Virus record (IMG/VR): IMGVR_UViG_2693429820_000003
Strand: one strand, 5' to 3'
Source: a virus
Taxonomy: Duplodnaviria > Caudoviricetes
Length of the DNA: 64,000 nucleotides
Shown here in pieces: positions 25,720 to 34,406 of the stretch (its first letter is position 1; the number at the start of each line of letters is the position of its first letter). Both the position numbers and the translations under genes were made by a program. The notes beneath the pieces are model-generated. The model saw nothing but the letters and a program-made list of their open reading frames with translations. It was not told where the DNA came from and searched no databases.

Positions 25720-28700
25720 TGGCTGATAACGATCTCAACGTTGGTGTTGATCTCGACCTGGGAAACCTCAACCGCGAGACCGGCGATGCCGCTGCCCAGC
25801 TGAACAAGATGGTCGCCGCCATTGCGGGAATGGCGGCAGGCCTCACAGCCTCGACGCAGGAAGCCAAAGGGCTCGCAGAGAATTTCAAGAACCTGGAGAT
25901 GGTGGTCAAGCGGACGTCCGAGCAGACTCGGGCGCTCCGAAACCAACTCAACGACCTCAAGTCCACCCAGAAGGCGGAAGGGATTGCGAGGAAGTCCATC
26001 CTCGACAGTGCCTCACCTACCGGGGGCACGCTTCGCGACGCAGGTCTTGTCAATTTTAATTTCAAAGCCATTGAGACGGCTCTCAACAGCTCTGGGGAAC
26101 AGATCGCGGCCCGTCTCAAGGAGACGATGCTCAAGATCGGCAAGCGTCTGGAGGATACTACTGACCAGATGCTGAAGGCGCGGCTCAACGAAACTTCGTT
26201 CCGCACAGCCCAGAAAATCGCCAAGTTCACGAGCCCCGAAGCCATTCAGGCGGCCACCATTGCGTCGGAAGCCCGCCAGATCCAATCCATCAACCGGTAC
26301 GCTAAGTATGGCTCTGGCGCGGATTATCTGGCCGCCTCTGAAGCCGAGAAGGCAGCGCGAGCCTCGAACAAGTCCACCTTCGGCCAGCGCCTTGGCGCGC
26401 GCTTCGAGACCTTTTCCGACTATGCGGCCATCGGCACAGGTTTCTATGCCATTAAGCAGGCCGTGCTCGGGGTTGCTGATCTTGACGACGCGATGAAACG
26501 CTTTCAGGCGATCACGGAAACGTCGAACGCCGAAATGGGCAAATTCCAACAGGGCCTCCTACAGCTCGCCTCGACCAGTAAGTACTCTGTCTCCGAGCTG
26601 ACGGAAGTCGCTACCACCCTCGGTCAGACCGGGCTGTCCGCCTCCGGTGTGGTGAAGGCGCTCCCCGCTGTGACCGCTCTGGCCACCGCCGCCGGTGCGC
26701 CGTTGAAGGAGGCCGTAGACGCCGTCGCCTCGGCTCTCGGCGCTTATAATCTTGATGCCAGCCGAGCAGTCGACATTGCCAACGTGATGACGGCGGCGTT
26801 GAACAAAACGAAGCTGACGATGCAGCAGCTTCAGCTTGGTTTCTCTTACTCAGCCAACGTTGCCAAGGAAGCCGGCGTTTCGTTCACCGAACTCTCTGCC
26901 ATTCTCGGTGGCCTTGCTCAAGCTGGTATCCGGAGCGGTTCTACCCTCGGCACCGGTACTCGTCAGCTGATCCAGGACCTGCTGTCGCCTAGTGAGAAGC
27001 TGAAGAACGTCATGGACCAGTTGGGCGTCACCCTGTCCGACATCGACATCAAGACGCACGGCCTGGTCGGCGTACTCGATAACCTACGTGCAAAGGGCTT
27101 CGGCTCGGCCGAAGCGCTCCGCTCCCTCGACCTTCGCGCCGCCTCGGCCTTTACGGCCCTCGCCGGCCAATCGGAGACCGTCAAACAGCTGCAGCAAAGT
27201 CTTTTGCTTACGGATGCGGCCAGCACTGGTGCAGCCAAGGCGTCGGAGTCGCTATACGCGGCCTTCACCCGACTAGGCAACACCACCATTGCCATCCTAT
27301 CGCAGGCGTTCGGACCACTAGTCGAACTTCTGAAGAAGGTGGTTGACGGCCTCTCGGGTATGCTCGGGGTTGTCAATCAGCTGGGCTTCGTTCTCCCTGT
27401 CATGGGAACGGCCCTGGCTGGTATCGTTGCCTCGGGAGCGATTTCTGGGGTTGTCGCGGGCTTCGCCTCAATCTCTGCCCTGCTCTCCCGCCTCCCCACC
27501 TTAGCTTTGGGGGCAGTCGCTGCGCTGCGAGCCGTGCAGGTTGCCATGCTGGCCAACCCTCTCTTCGCAGTAGGCGCGATTGCGTCGACAGCCGCTCTCG
27601 CTGCGATTTCGATCTTCAGCTCCAACATCAATAACACCCAAGCCAACCTTGACAAGCTTAAGGGGACGCTGAACGAGCTGCAGGAGAAACAGCAGACAAT
27701 CGAGACAAACATTTCCGGCGCCGGTCGAATGATCGATGACCTGTCGGCTCGTCGTGAAAAGCTGAACAACGATCCCCTGCTCCGTCGTACGGCGATCATC
27801 GAAGCACAGCAGGCGTTCAAGGAACTTGGCCTTTCGGTTTCATCCAGTTCGGACAACATTGACGTATTAATCGAAGCCCTACGCAAGCTGCGCGGGGAAC
27901 TAGCGAAGGAACTCCCTCAAACGTTGCGCCGTCGTGTTGTGGACCAGAAGAAAGAAATTTCTCTGATGACACAGCAGTCGGATGAATCCGACGCAGAGTA
28001 CCGCAGCACCAACCGGGCTCGTCGAAACCGCTTGTTTGCGTCGGCCGGGATCGGGGACCAAACCCAGAAGGTCTTTGACTTCCTCGACAAGCCGACGAGC
28101 CAGATCGACACATCAGACGTACGTGGCCAAACCGCACCGCTGGTGGGTTTGATCAATGATCTCCGCAAAAGCTTCGAGGGTAGAGGCGATGATAAGACGT
28201 CCAGTATTTTAAAGATGCTGGACCAGCTTTATGCCGACCTCGAAGCGAAGACCAAGCGTCTCCAGAACCTCCAGGGCAAAGGCATCGACCTGCAGAGCAC
28301 GGAGAGAAGCGCAGAGGTCAAAACTATCCAAAGCAGCGAACTGTTTCAGCGTCTCTCTGCGAACCGCGAAGATCAGTATAAGGACCTCCGCGCTGGGTAC
28401 AGCAGCGTTATGGGGAACCAGAGCTACACGATCTCCGAGCGGGCAAAGCGTCTTGCCGACTTGTCCAATAACACCCAAGCTCAGTCGCGCGCTTTGATGG
28501 ACGACGCGGAGGCCCTCGCGGAGGAGTTCGCACGTCAGGGGTTCTCGCCGGAGGCTATTCGCCAAGCCCTGGAAGGCCTGAGAGATAGCATCATTTCTGT
28601 TGGCAAGGGTGTAATCGATCAGACGAACAGTGCTGCTGAAGCCGCGAACAAGATGAAGGAAGCGGAACTTAAGCAAACGAGCAGCCGTCTCAAGGCAGAA

Positions 28701-31175
28701 ATCGCTACCGCTTCGAGTAGGGCTCAGAAGAGCCGCAGTCAGTCCGAAATCGATTCCCTTCAGGCTTACGTCACGGGGCGTGAAAAGCAACTTGCGGAAG
28801 TGGACGAACAGCTCCTCCGCAGAGGCGCCAAGGATCAGATTAACGGAATTCTCAACTCCGACGAGCAGCTACGACTAGAAGAACTTCGTCGCGAAAATGA
28901 TGCGAAAGCGGCCAAGACGGCTCAGGATTTTGCCGAGTTTCGTCGTCGTACCACGGAACGTGACCTTCAGGATGCGAAGAGACTCGTCACGTCTAGGAAG
29001 GATGGGTTGGAAAGTCAGATCTCTGCTATCGAACGAGAGCTGAAAGATCCCGCTACTACGCGACAGAAGGCTCAGGAACTTCTTGAGACGCTCAACAAAC
29101 TGTTCGACCAGCTGAAGGGCGTCCTGCACCAGGGGATAGATATTGATGCCGCCATCCAAGCAAATAAGGGGGAGCGGAACAACGTCATCATCGACCCCTC
29201 CAAGGTCAGTCCAGGCACCGTGCAGGCACAGGTTCTTGATGCTCTGAAGGCAATTGGTGCCTCCGACCGAGCTGGTACGGCGTTTTCGTTTGCACAGCAC
29301 GAAAGCCAATGGCGTCCGAACGTTAGTAATGAACGTGGCTCGGGAGCGACGGGTCTCTTCCAGTTTATGCCCAAGACCTGGATGGGTCTCGGTGGCGGCA
29401 ACATGTACGACGTCGACCAGCAGGTCACGCGGTTCGTTCAGTACATCAAAGTCATTGAAGGTTCGCTTCGGAAGGCGTTCCCGGATCGCGAAATCAGCGA
29501 CGAGGATCGCTACCTCGGATGGCAGCAGGGTCCTAAAGGGGCAGTTGACCTCCTCAGTAACCCGAACGCGCTGGCCAAATCCGTGGTTGGCCGCGATGCG
29601 GTTTCGATGAATCTACCAGACCGGCTTGTTGGTCAGACCGACACGATGACGGCGCAGGAGTTCGTCAAGGTTCTCACGGAAGGCTTCCGTGCTTCACAGG
29701 CGAAGGCTGCGAACTTTGGCAACTCTACCAAGCAGATGGCAGACCAGGAAACGGCGAACCAGAAAGCCGCCCGAACGCGGGAGCTGGAGACACAACAACA
29801 GAAAGATATCCAGGACGAGGCCCACCGCAGATTCAGGGCGCAGGCAATTCTCGACGCGAAGGATTCTCGGGTTAACCGTCTGGACATCCAGAGCAAGGAA
29901 TCTGCGCTTAAGAACACCATCGACCCAGCAGAAGCCCGGCGTCTGCTGATCGAAATTGTCACAGGTCTCGCTTCAATGATGAAGCGTGAGCTGGCTCAGC
30001 TTGAGAATGACCCAGCCTTTAAGGACCTTTCGCAGGACGAGAAGGAACACCGTCGTCAGCAAATTCAGGACAAGTATGCCCAGGAGTTGGATCGAAAAGG
30101 TCAGGGCTATGCTTCAACGGTGGGGGATAAGGAACTCACCAAGGCCAAGCAAGAGATGGATCGCCTTAATCAGCTGAAGGAGTTGTACGAGCGCGACAGC
30201 TCAAAGGCGATCCCGGGATTCGGCTCAATTAGTGATCTGGAGAAGGCCATTGACCTCACCAAGCGCCAGCTGGAAATTCTAGATCCTATCAAAGAGAAGA
30301 CCGCTGAGATTGAGGCGATAAACGAGCAAATCCGCCTTGCGAAGGAGCTTGGTCTTGGAGATGAGCAGACACTCAACGAATTGCTTGCCCGTCGCAACGA
30401 ACTGGAGAGGGAACGTGGCCGTCTCCAAAAGAAGGGTGATGTAGACGCTCAGGTCCGTAGTTCAGAGGGTTCCCTCTCAGGAGCCTTCAAAGCTGGTACC
30501 GACTCCTATTTTAAATCCTCGGGCATGCTCAAGGCCAACGGTGACTTCAAAACGTTCACCGAGCAAATGGCGGGGTACTGGGACCAGGCCTTGAAGGGCA
30601 TGGACAATTCCATGAGCCAACTGTTCACGGATCTCGCCTCTGGCACCAAGACGGCAGGGGACGCATTCCGCGCCTTCGGTCAAAACATCCTCCAGACCAT
30701 GATCAAGATCGTGTCCGATGCGGCTACCAAACAGCTCCTCAAGATGTTTACCGACATGTTCTCGAGTGGTTCGGGCAGCATCTTTGGATCAATAGGATCT
30801 GCCTTCGGCTTCAACCAGGGCGGTATGGTGCCCGCTATGCGCCGTGCCGCGCTTGGTACCTACAACACCAACCGTGACTCTGTCCCCGTCCTCGCCCGGC
30901 CGGGTGAGTATATCCTGCGCAACTCGGCCGTCGACGCGATCGGTCGTGGCAACCTCGATATGCTCAATACTCTTGGCAACCGGCGTATCAGCCAGGCCCC
31001 AATTGCTGCCCCCTCGTTGGGAAAAACGACCAAGGACGAAGTCAACGTCTGGGTTGTGGCACAGGATCAGGTTCCGCCTCCGGGTCCGAAGGACATCGTC
31101 GCAGCTGTCGTTCAGAACGCTGAAGCGGGTGGTCAGATCAAGCAACTCATCAAGAAGGTGACAATGGGTGGCTAA
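25719..31175 (+). CDS. Tape measure protein with internal lytic transglycosylase domain
   Basis: 1818 aa, TP901-type core (AGIRSGSTLGTG), hydrophobic segment, AQHESQW...GATGLFQFMPKTW SLT motif. Confidence 0.93.
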   Translation: MADNDLNVGVDLDLGNLNRETGDAAAQLNKMVAAIAGMAAGLTASTQEAKGLAENFKNLEMVVKRTSEQTRALRNQLNDLKSTQKAEGIARKSILDSASPTGGTLRDAGLVNFNFKAIETALNSSGEQIAARLKETMLKIGKRLEDTTDQMLKARLNETSFRTAQKIAKFTSPEAIQAATIASEARQIQSINRYAKYGSGADYLAASEAEKAARASNKSTFGQRLGARFETFSDYAAIGTGFYAIKQAVLGVADLDDAMKRFQAITETSNAEMGKFQQGLLQLASTSKYSVSELTEVATTLGQTGLSASGVVKALPAVTALATAAGAPLKEAVDAVASALGAYNLDASRAVDIANVMTAALNKTKLTMQQLQLGFSYSANVAKEAGVSFTELSAILGGLAQAGIRSGSTLGTGTRQLIQDLLSPSEKLKNVMDQLGVTLSDIDIKTHGLVGVLDNLRAKGFGSAEALRSLDLRAASAFTALAGQSETVKQLQQSLLLTDAASTGAAKASESLYAAFTRLGNTTIAILSQAFGPLVELLKKVVDGLSGMLGVVNQLGFVLPVMGTALAGIVASGAISGVVAGFASISALLSRLPTLALGAVAALRAVQVAMLANPLFAVGAIASTAALAAISIFSSNINNTQANLDKLKGTLNELQEKQQTIETNISGAGRMIDDLSARREKLNNDPLLRRTAIIEAQQAFKELGLSVSSSSDNIDVLIEALRKLRGELAKELPQTLRRRVVDQKKEISLMTQQSDESDAEYRSTNRARRNRLFASAGIGDQTQKVFDFLDKPTSQIDTSDVRGQTAPLVGLINDLRKSFEGRGDDKTSSILKMLDQLYADLEAKTKRLQNLQGKGIDLQSTERSAEVKTIQSSELFQRLSANREDQYKDLRAGYSSVMGNQSYTISERAKRLADLSNNTQAQSRALMDDAEALAEEFARQGFSPEAIRQALEGLRDSIISVGKGVIDQTNSAAEAANKMKEAELKQTSSRLKAEIATASSRAQKSRSQSEIDSLQAYVTGREKQLAEVDEQLLRRGAKDQINGILNSDEQLRLEELRRENDAKAAKTAQDFAEFRRRTTERDLQDAKRLVTSRKDGLESQISAIERELKDPATTRQKAQELLETLNKLFDQLKGVLHQGIDIDAAIQANKGERNNVIIDPSKVSPGTVQAQVLDALKAIGASDRAGTAFSFAQHESQWRPNVSNERGSGATGLFQFMPKTWMGLGGGNMYDVDQQVTRFVQYIKVIEGSLRKAFPDREISDEDRYLGWQQGPKGAVDLLSNPNALAKSVVGRDAVSMNLPDRLVGQTDTMTAQEFVKVLTEGFRASQAKAANFGNSTKQMADQETANQKAARTRELETQQQKDIQDEAHRRFRAQAILDAKDSRVNRLDIQSKESALKNTIDPAEARRLLIEIVTGLASMMKRELAQLENDPAFKDLSQDEKEHRRQQIQDKYAQELDRKGQGYASTVGDKELTKAKQEMDRLNQLKELYERDSSKAIPGFGSISDLEKAIDLTKRQLEILDPIKEKTAEIEAINEQIRLAKELGLGDEQTLNELLARRNELERERGRLQKKGDVDAQVRSSEGSLSGAFKAGTDSYFKSSGMLKANGDFKTFTEQMAGYWDQALKGMDNSMSQLFTDLASGTKTAGDAFRAFGQNILQTMIKIVSDAATKQLLKMFTDMFSSGSGSIFGSIGSAFGFNQGGMVPAMRRAALGTYNTNRDSVPVLARPGEYILRNSAVDAIGRGNLDMLNTLGNRRISQAPIAAPSLGKTTKDEVNVWVVAQDQVPPPGPKDIVAAVVQNAEAGGQIKQLIKKVTMGG

Positions 31176-31587
31176 GCTTTTTGACTTTCCCTATCACAAG
31201 ATCTCGGATCGGTACCCGGAGTCGAGTAAGATCGTCCAATATGGCCGTGGCTACTCCTTCGCTTCAGCCCCCATCGGCCCCGATCAAATGATCTTCAAGC
31301 TTCGTTTTGATGCCATGTTTCACTGGCTGACGCTCTACGAGCAGATCGATCGCTACACGAAGCCCCAACTCAACATCGTCCTATTGCAGGAGTTCTATGA
31401 AGAGGTGCGCATGTTCACACCCTTCAACTACAAGCACTGGCGCCGAGGTTTGGTAACTGTCCGTTTCAACAAGCCACTGCCAGAAATGATGCCCATGACC
31501 GAGAAGATCATCGTGGATCAGGTGACTGGCTCTCGTGGACATCAGGTTGAAGGTTTCGATGTAGAACTTATATTGCAACCACTATGA
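31168..31587 (+). CDS. Distal tail protein, lambda gpM-like
   Basis: IVQYGRGYS motif; directly after tape measure. Confidence 0.7.
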   Translation: MAKLFDFPYHKISDRYPESSKIVQYGRGYSFASAPIGPDQMIFKLRFDAMFHWLTLYEQIDRYTKPQLNIVLLQEFYEEVRMFTPFNYKHWRRGLVTVRFNKPLPEMMPMTEKIIVDQVTGSRGHQVEGFDVELILQPL

Positions 31588-32078
31588 CGATACCTGCTTC
31601 ACACGTCGAAGAATCCGTCAAACTTACCGCCGACGCTCCCGTCGATCTCTTTGAGATCAGCCTTGTTGGCACCCCAACCCCGGTTGCGCTTTACCTCACG
31701 AATGGCCCCACTGTGACGTGGCAGGGCAAAGATTACGAGGGCAACGCGCTCAAGTTGTCCAGCATCGCCCAGAACGCGAGTGGTGAGAAGCCTCGCCCTT
31801 CCCTCACACTGGCGAATCCGTACGGCATCTACAATCCCTATGTCTTTGCGGGTCACTTCGACGGAGCATCGGTTACCCGTCACAAGGTTCTGCGGCAGCA
31901 CATTCTCGCTAACAGCAACCTGACGGACACATCGTTCTGGTACATCGGCCGTATCCCGCAACTGATCGCCAACCAGGCACTGGTCTGTGAGCTGAGGCTC
32001 TATACGGACGGACCTGAGTTCAAAATTCCGGCTCGCATGTTTATCCCGCCCGAATTCCCATTTGTGAAGATCCAATAA
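31584..32078 (+). CDS. Minor tail protein, lambda gpL-like
   Basis: VDLFEI...VTWQGKDY...PRPSLTLAN...GASVTRHKVL...IPAR. Confidence 0.8.
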   Translation: MTIPASHVEESVKLTADAPVDLFEISLVGTPTPVALYLTNGPTVTWQGKDYEGNALKLSSIAQNASGEKPRPSLTLANPYGIYNPYVFAGHFDGASVTRHKVLRQHILANSNLTDTSFWYIGRIPQLIANQALVCELRLYTDGPEFKIPARMFIPPEFPFVKIQ

Positions 32079-32605
32079 TGATTCAATATCAACATCTTCT
32101 GGGGCGCACATTCAAACTCGGCTCCACCGACTGCTACGGACTGGTGCGCGAGTTCTACAAGGACAACTTCGGCATCCAGCTACGCAACTATGCGCGCCCG
32201 ATGGACTTCTGGGACCACAACCTCAACCTGTATGTCGAGAACTTCACCAACGAGGGCTTCCGTCCTCTGTCTCCTGCTCAAGAACACCCCGCGCAGTGGA
32301 AGCCCGGTGATGCTGTCCTAATGGCCATTCGGTCCCCTATCGCGAACCACGCAGCCGTTATCCTGCCAAGCGGGAACATCTTGCATCACATGCTCGGCAA
32401 ACTGTCCGTCGAGGAACCTTTCCGCCCCGCGTATCGGAACGCGATGGTTGCCATCCTCCGCCACAAGGACGTGGTCCTCGAGGAAGAACACCACACAATG
32501 GACGTCATGGAGCTGCTACCCGATGGTATTCGAGAAAAAATCGCTCGAGACTTTCCTCGCGGGGTCATTGGGACCCAAAGAGCGGATCGGTCTCGTACTG
32601 AGTGA
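32078..32605 (+). CDS. NlpC/P60 tail tip protein (gpK C-terminal domain)
   Basis: FKLGSTDCYGLVREFY, NHAAV, ILHH. Confidence 0.88.
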   Translation: MIQYQHLLGRTFKLGSTDCYGLVREFYKDNFGIQLRNYARPMDFWDHNLNLYVENFTNEGFRPLSPAQEHPAQWKPGDAVLMAIRSPIANHAAVILPSGNILHHMLGKLSVEEPFRPAYRNAMVAILRHKDVVLEEEHHTMDVMELLPDGIREKIARDFPRGVIGTQRADRSRTE

Positions 32606-32858
32606 TGGTACTATCATCGAGCTGGAGAACGTGTGCGAGAAGCCAGAGGCTGGTTTCGAGATTGATGGTATGGACCTCCTTCAGTACGAAGATCGCACCT
32701 TTGCCTCATGGCATACCCACCCTGGCTCGGACAACAACCTCTCCGTAGGGGACATGCATACCTTCTTGAATTACCCCGACTGGCGGCACTATATCGTCGG
32801 CACAGACGGCACTGCCGAGTATTTTGTAGAAGAGGGTAAGCTGCTTCAGTGCGAATGA
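32523..32858 (+). CDS. JAB/MPN domain protein (gpK N-terminal domain)
   Basis: ERIGLV, WHTHPG...LSVGD JAMM motif. Confidence 0.85.
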   Translation: MVFEKKSLETFLAGSLGPKERIGLVLSDGTIIELENVCEKPEAGFEIDGMDLLQYEDRTFASWHTHPGSDNNLSVGDMHTFLNYPDWRHYIVGTDGTAEYFVEEGKLLQCE

Positions 32859-33400
32859 CGGTCCACTTCCATGGATCATTGAGAAAACTGCAAGCAGACC
32901 CGATCGAGGTAGAAGCCGAAACACCGGCCGAAGCCATCAAGATAGTCACCAGCCAACTCCCTGCTTTCGCACCCAACGCGGTCAAGGGCCGCCAATGCGT
33001 TCAAGTCGCAGGGTGTCACAAAATCGAGGAGCTGTTCTCCACCAACCCGCGCGAAGAGATTCATCTCATGCCGGCCTTCATCGGCGGCAAGAGCGGTGGT
33101 TGGTTGCAGATCATCATCGGTGCCGTGCTGCTGGTTGCGGCGGCAGCGGCGAGCTTCATGGGTATGCCGGTCATCGGTTCGCTGCTCCTGAAGATGGGCC
33201 TCCTCATGTTGTTGGGCGGCGTTCTGCAACTCATTGCGGCTCCGAAACGAGATGACAAAAACTCCGAGGAGGTCAAAGGCCACTACCTCGGCTCCCCCAA
33301 AAACACGGTCGATATCGGTCGGCGTATTCCCATCCTGTACGGGAAGACGCAGATCGGCGGCCACTACCTTTCCTTCAACATCTCCGCCGCCGAGGTCTGA
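32849..33400 (+). CDS. Tail assembly protein, lambda gpI-like
   Basis: Ubiquitin-like N-terminus, GGKSGG, hydrophobic helices, IPILYG. Confidence 0.88.
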   Translation: MRMTVHFHGSLRKLQADPIEVEAETPAEAIKIVTSQLPAFAPNAVKGRQCVQVAGCHKIEELFSTNPREEIHLMPAFIGGKSGGWLQIIIGAVLLVAAAAASFMGMPVIGSLLLKMGLLMLLGGVLQLIAAPKRDDKNSEEVKGHYLGSPKNTVDIGRRIPILYGKTQIGGHYLSFNISAAEV

Positions 33401-33401
33401 T

Positions 33402-34406
33402 TTGCAGCCCACCATCGACAACGTCCGCTCCATTGTTGAGAAATCAGGGAGCATCCGCCAGGCCGAACGAGACCTTCGATCTTTGGGGGTGCAGACATCC
33501 GAGAGAAGCCTGCGCCGACTGCTGGCCAAGGTGGGAGACGACGGGTACGACGTCGAACCGCTCCCACCCAGTATTGATGTGGAAGAGCTGATCGCAGCAC
33601 GTTCAGCCCGGTTTGACACCAAGAAGAAACACACCGAAGCGGCCAAGGTCCGTACGGTCTACCTGCGCAATAACCAGACCATCGGCGTTGGATTTCAGGG
33701 TGATGGCCACCTTGATGACGACGGCACCGATCTTCGCGAATTCTTTCAGCATGCGGCGCTGTTCGATGGTTCCAGAAAGGGCCTGTATCTCGGTTTCATG
33801 GGCGACCTGTTCAACAATTGGGTCGGCCGCTTGACCGCTCTATTCGACAAGCAGGCAATCACCGGCGCTGAAACACAGGCCCTGATCAAACACTATGCGG
33901 AGAACCATCGCTTTCTGTTCTACGTGCTCGGCAATCACGACATGTGGAACGGCAAAGAAGACATTCTCCAGTACACGTTCCGGGCTACGTGCAACATCGT
34001 CACGGCGCACGAGCAGCGCGTGAAGCTGGTCTTCCCGAATGGACGAGAGGTCCTCATCCATGCGCGCCACAAGTTTCCTGGCAACAGCATGTATGCGACC
34101 CAGTTCGGCCAGATGAAATATGCAACCCTGGACGGCCAGGCTGACATCTACGTCGGTGGTGACAAGCACGTCTCCGGCTATTCGAACGGCGTTCACGCCG
34201 GAACTCACAAGATGTGGTCAGCGCTGCAGGTCGCTTCGTACAAGAAGTACGACGAGTACCCGGTCGAACTCGGGCTGCCTGCCAAGGACCTCTACAATTG
34301 TCCGGTGGCGATCATCGATCCCAAAGCTTCCGACATCAACCTCATCCGTTGGGAATTCGACCCCTTTGAAGGAGCTGAACGACTCAAGTGGGAACAATCG
34401 CGTTAA
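33402..34406 (+). CDS. Calcineurin-like metallophosphoesterase with N-terminal HTH-like segment
   Basis: GDGH, MGDLFNN, GNHD, RH, GDKH motifs; GAGGT RBS before TTG 33402. Confidence 0.85.
   Translation: MQPTIDNVRSIVEKSGSIRQAERDLRSLGVQTSERSLRRLLAKVGDDGYDVEPLPPSIDVEELIAARSARFDTKKKHTEAAKVRTVYLRNNQTIGVGFQGDGHLDDDGTDLREFFQHAALFDGSRKGLYLGFMGDLFNNWVGRLTALFDKQAITGAETQALIKHYAENHRFLFYVLGNHDMWNGKEDILQYTFRATCNIVTAHEQRVKLVFPNGREVLIHARHKFPGNSMYATQFGQMKYATLDGQADIYVGGDKHVSGYSNGVHAGTHKMWSALQVASYKKYDEYPVELGLPAKDLYNCPVAIIDPKASDINLIRWEFDPFEGAERLKWEQSR

Noticed and set aside
4196-34380. GCTGAAC as a genome-wide promoter motif (about 4199, 7674, 12651, 34374)
   Set aside because: Short word expected by chance, several hits are coding (Leu-Asn); only the longer 24979/59755 match was kept
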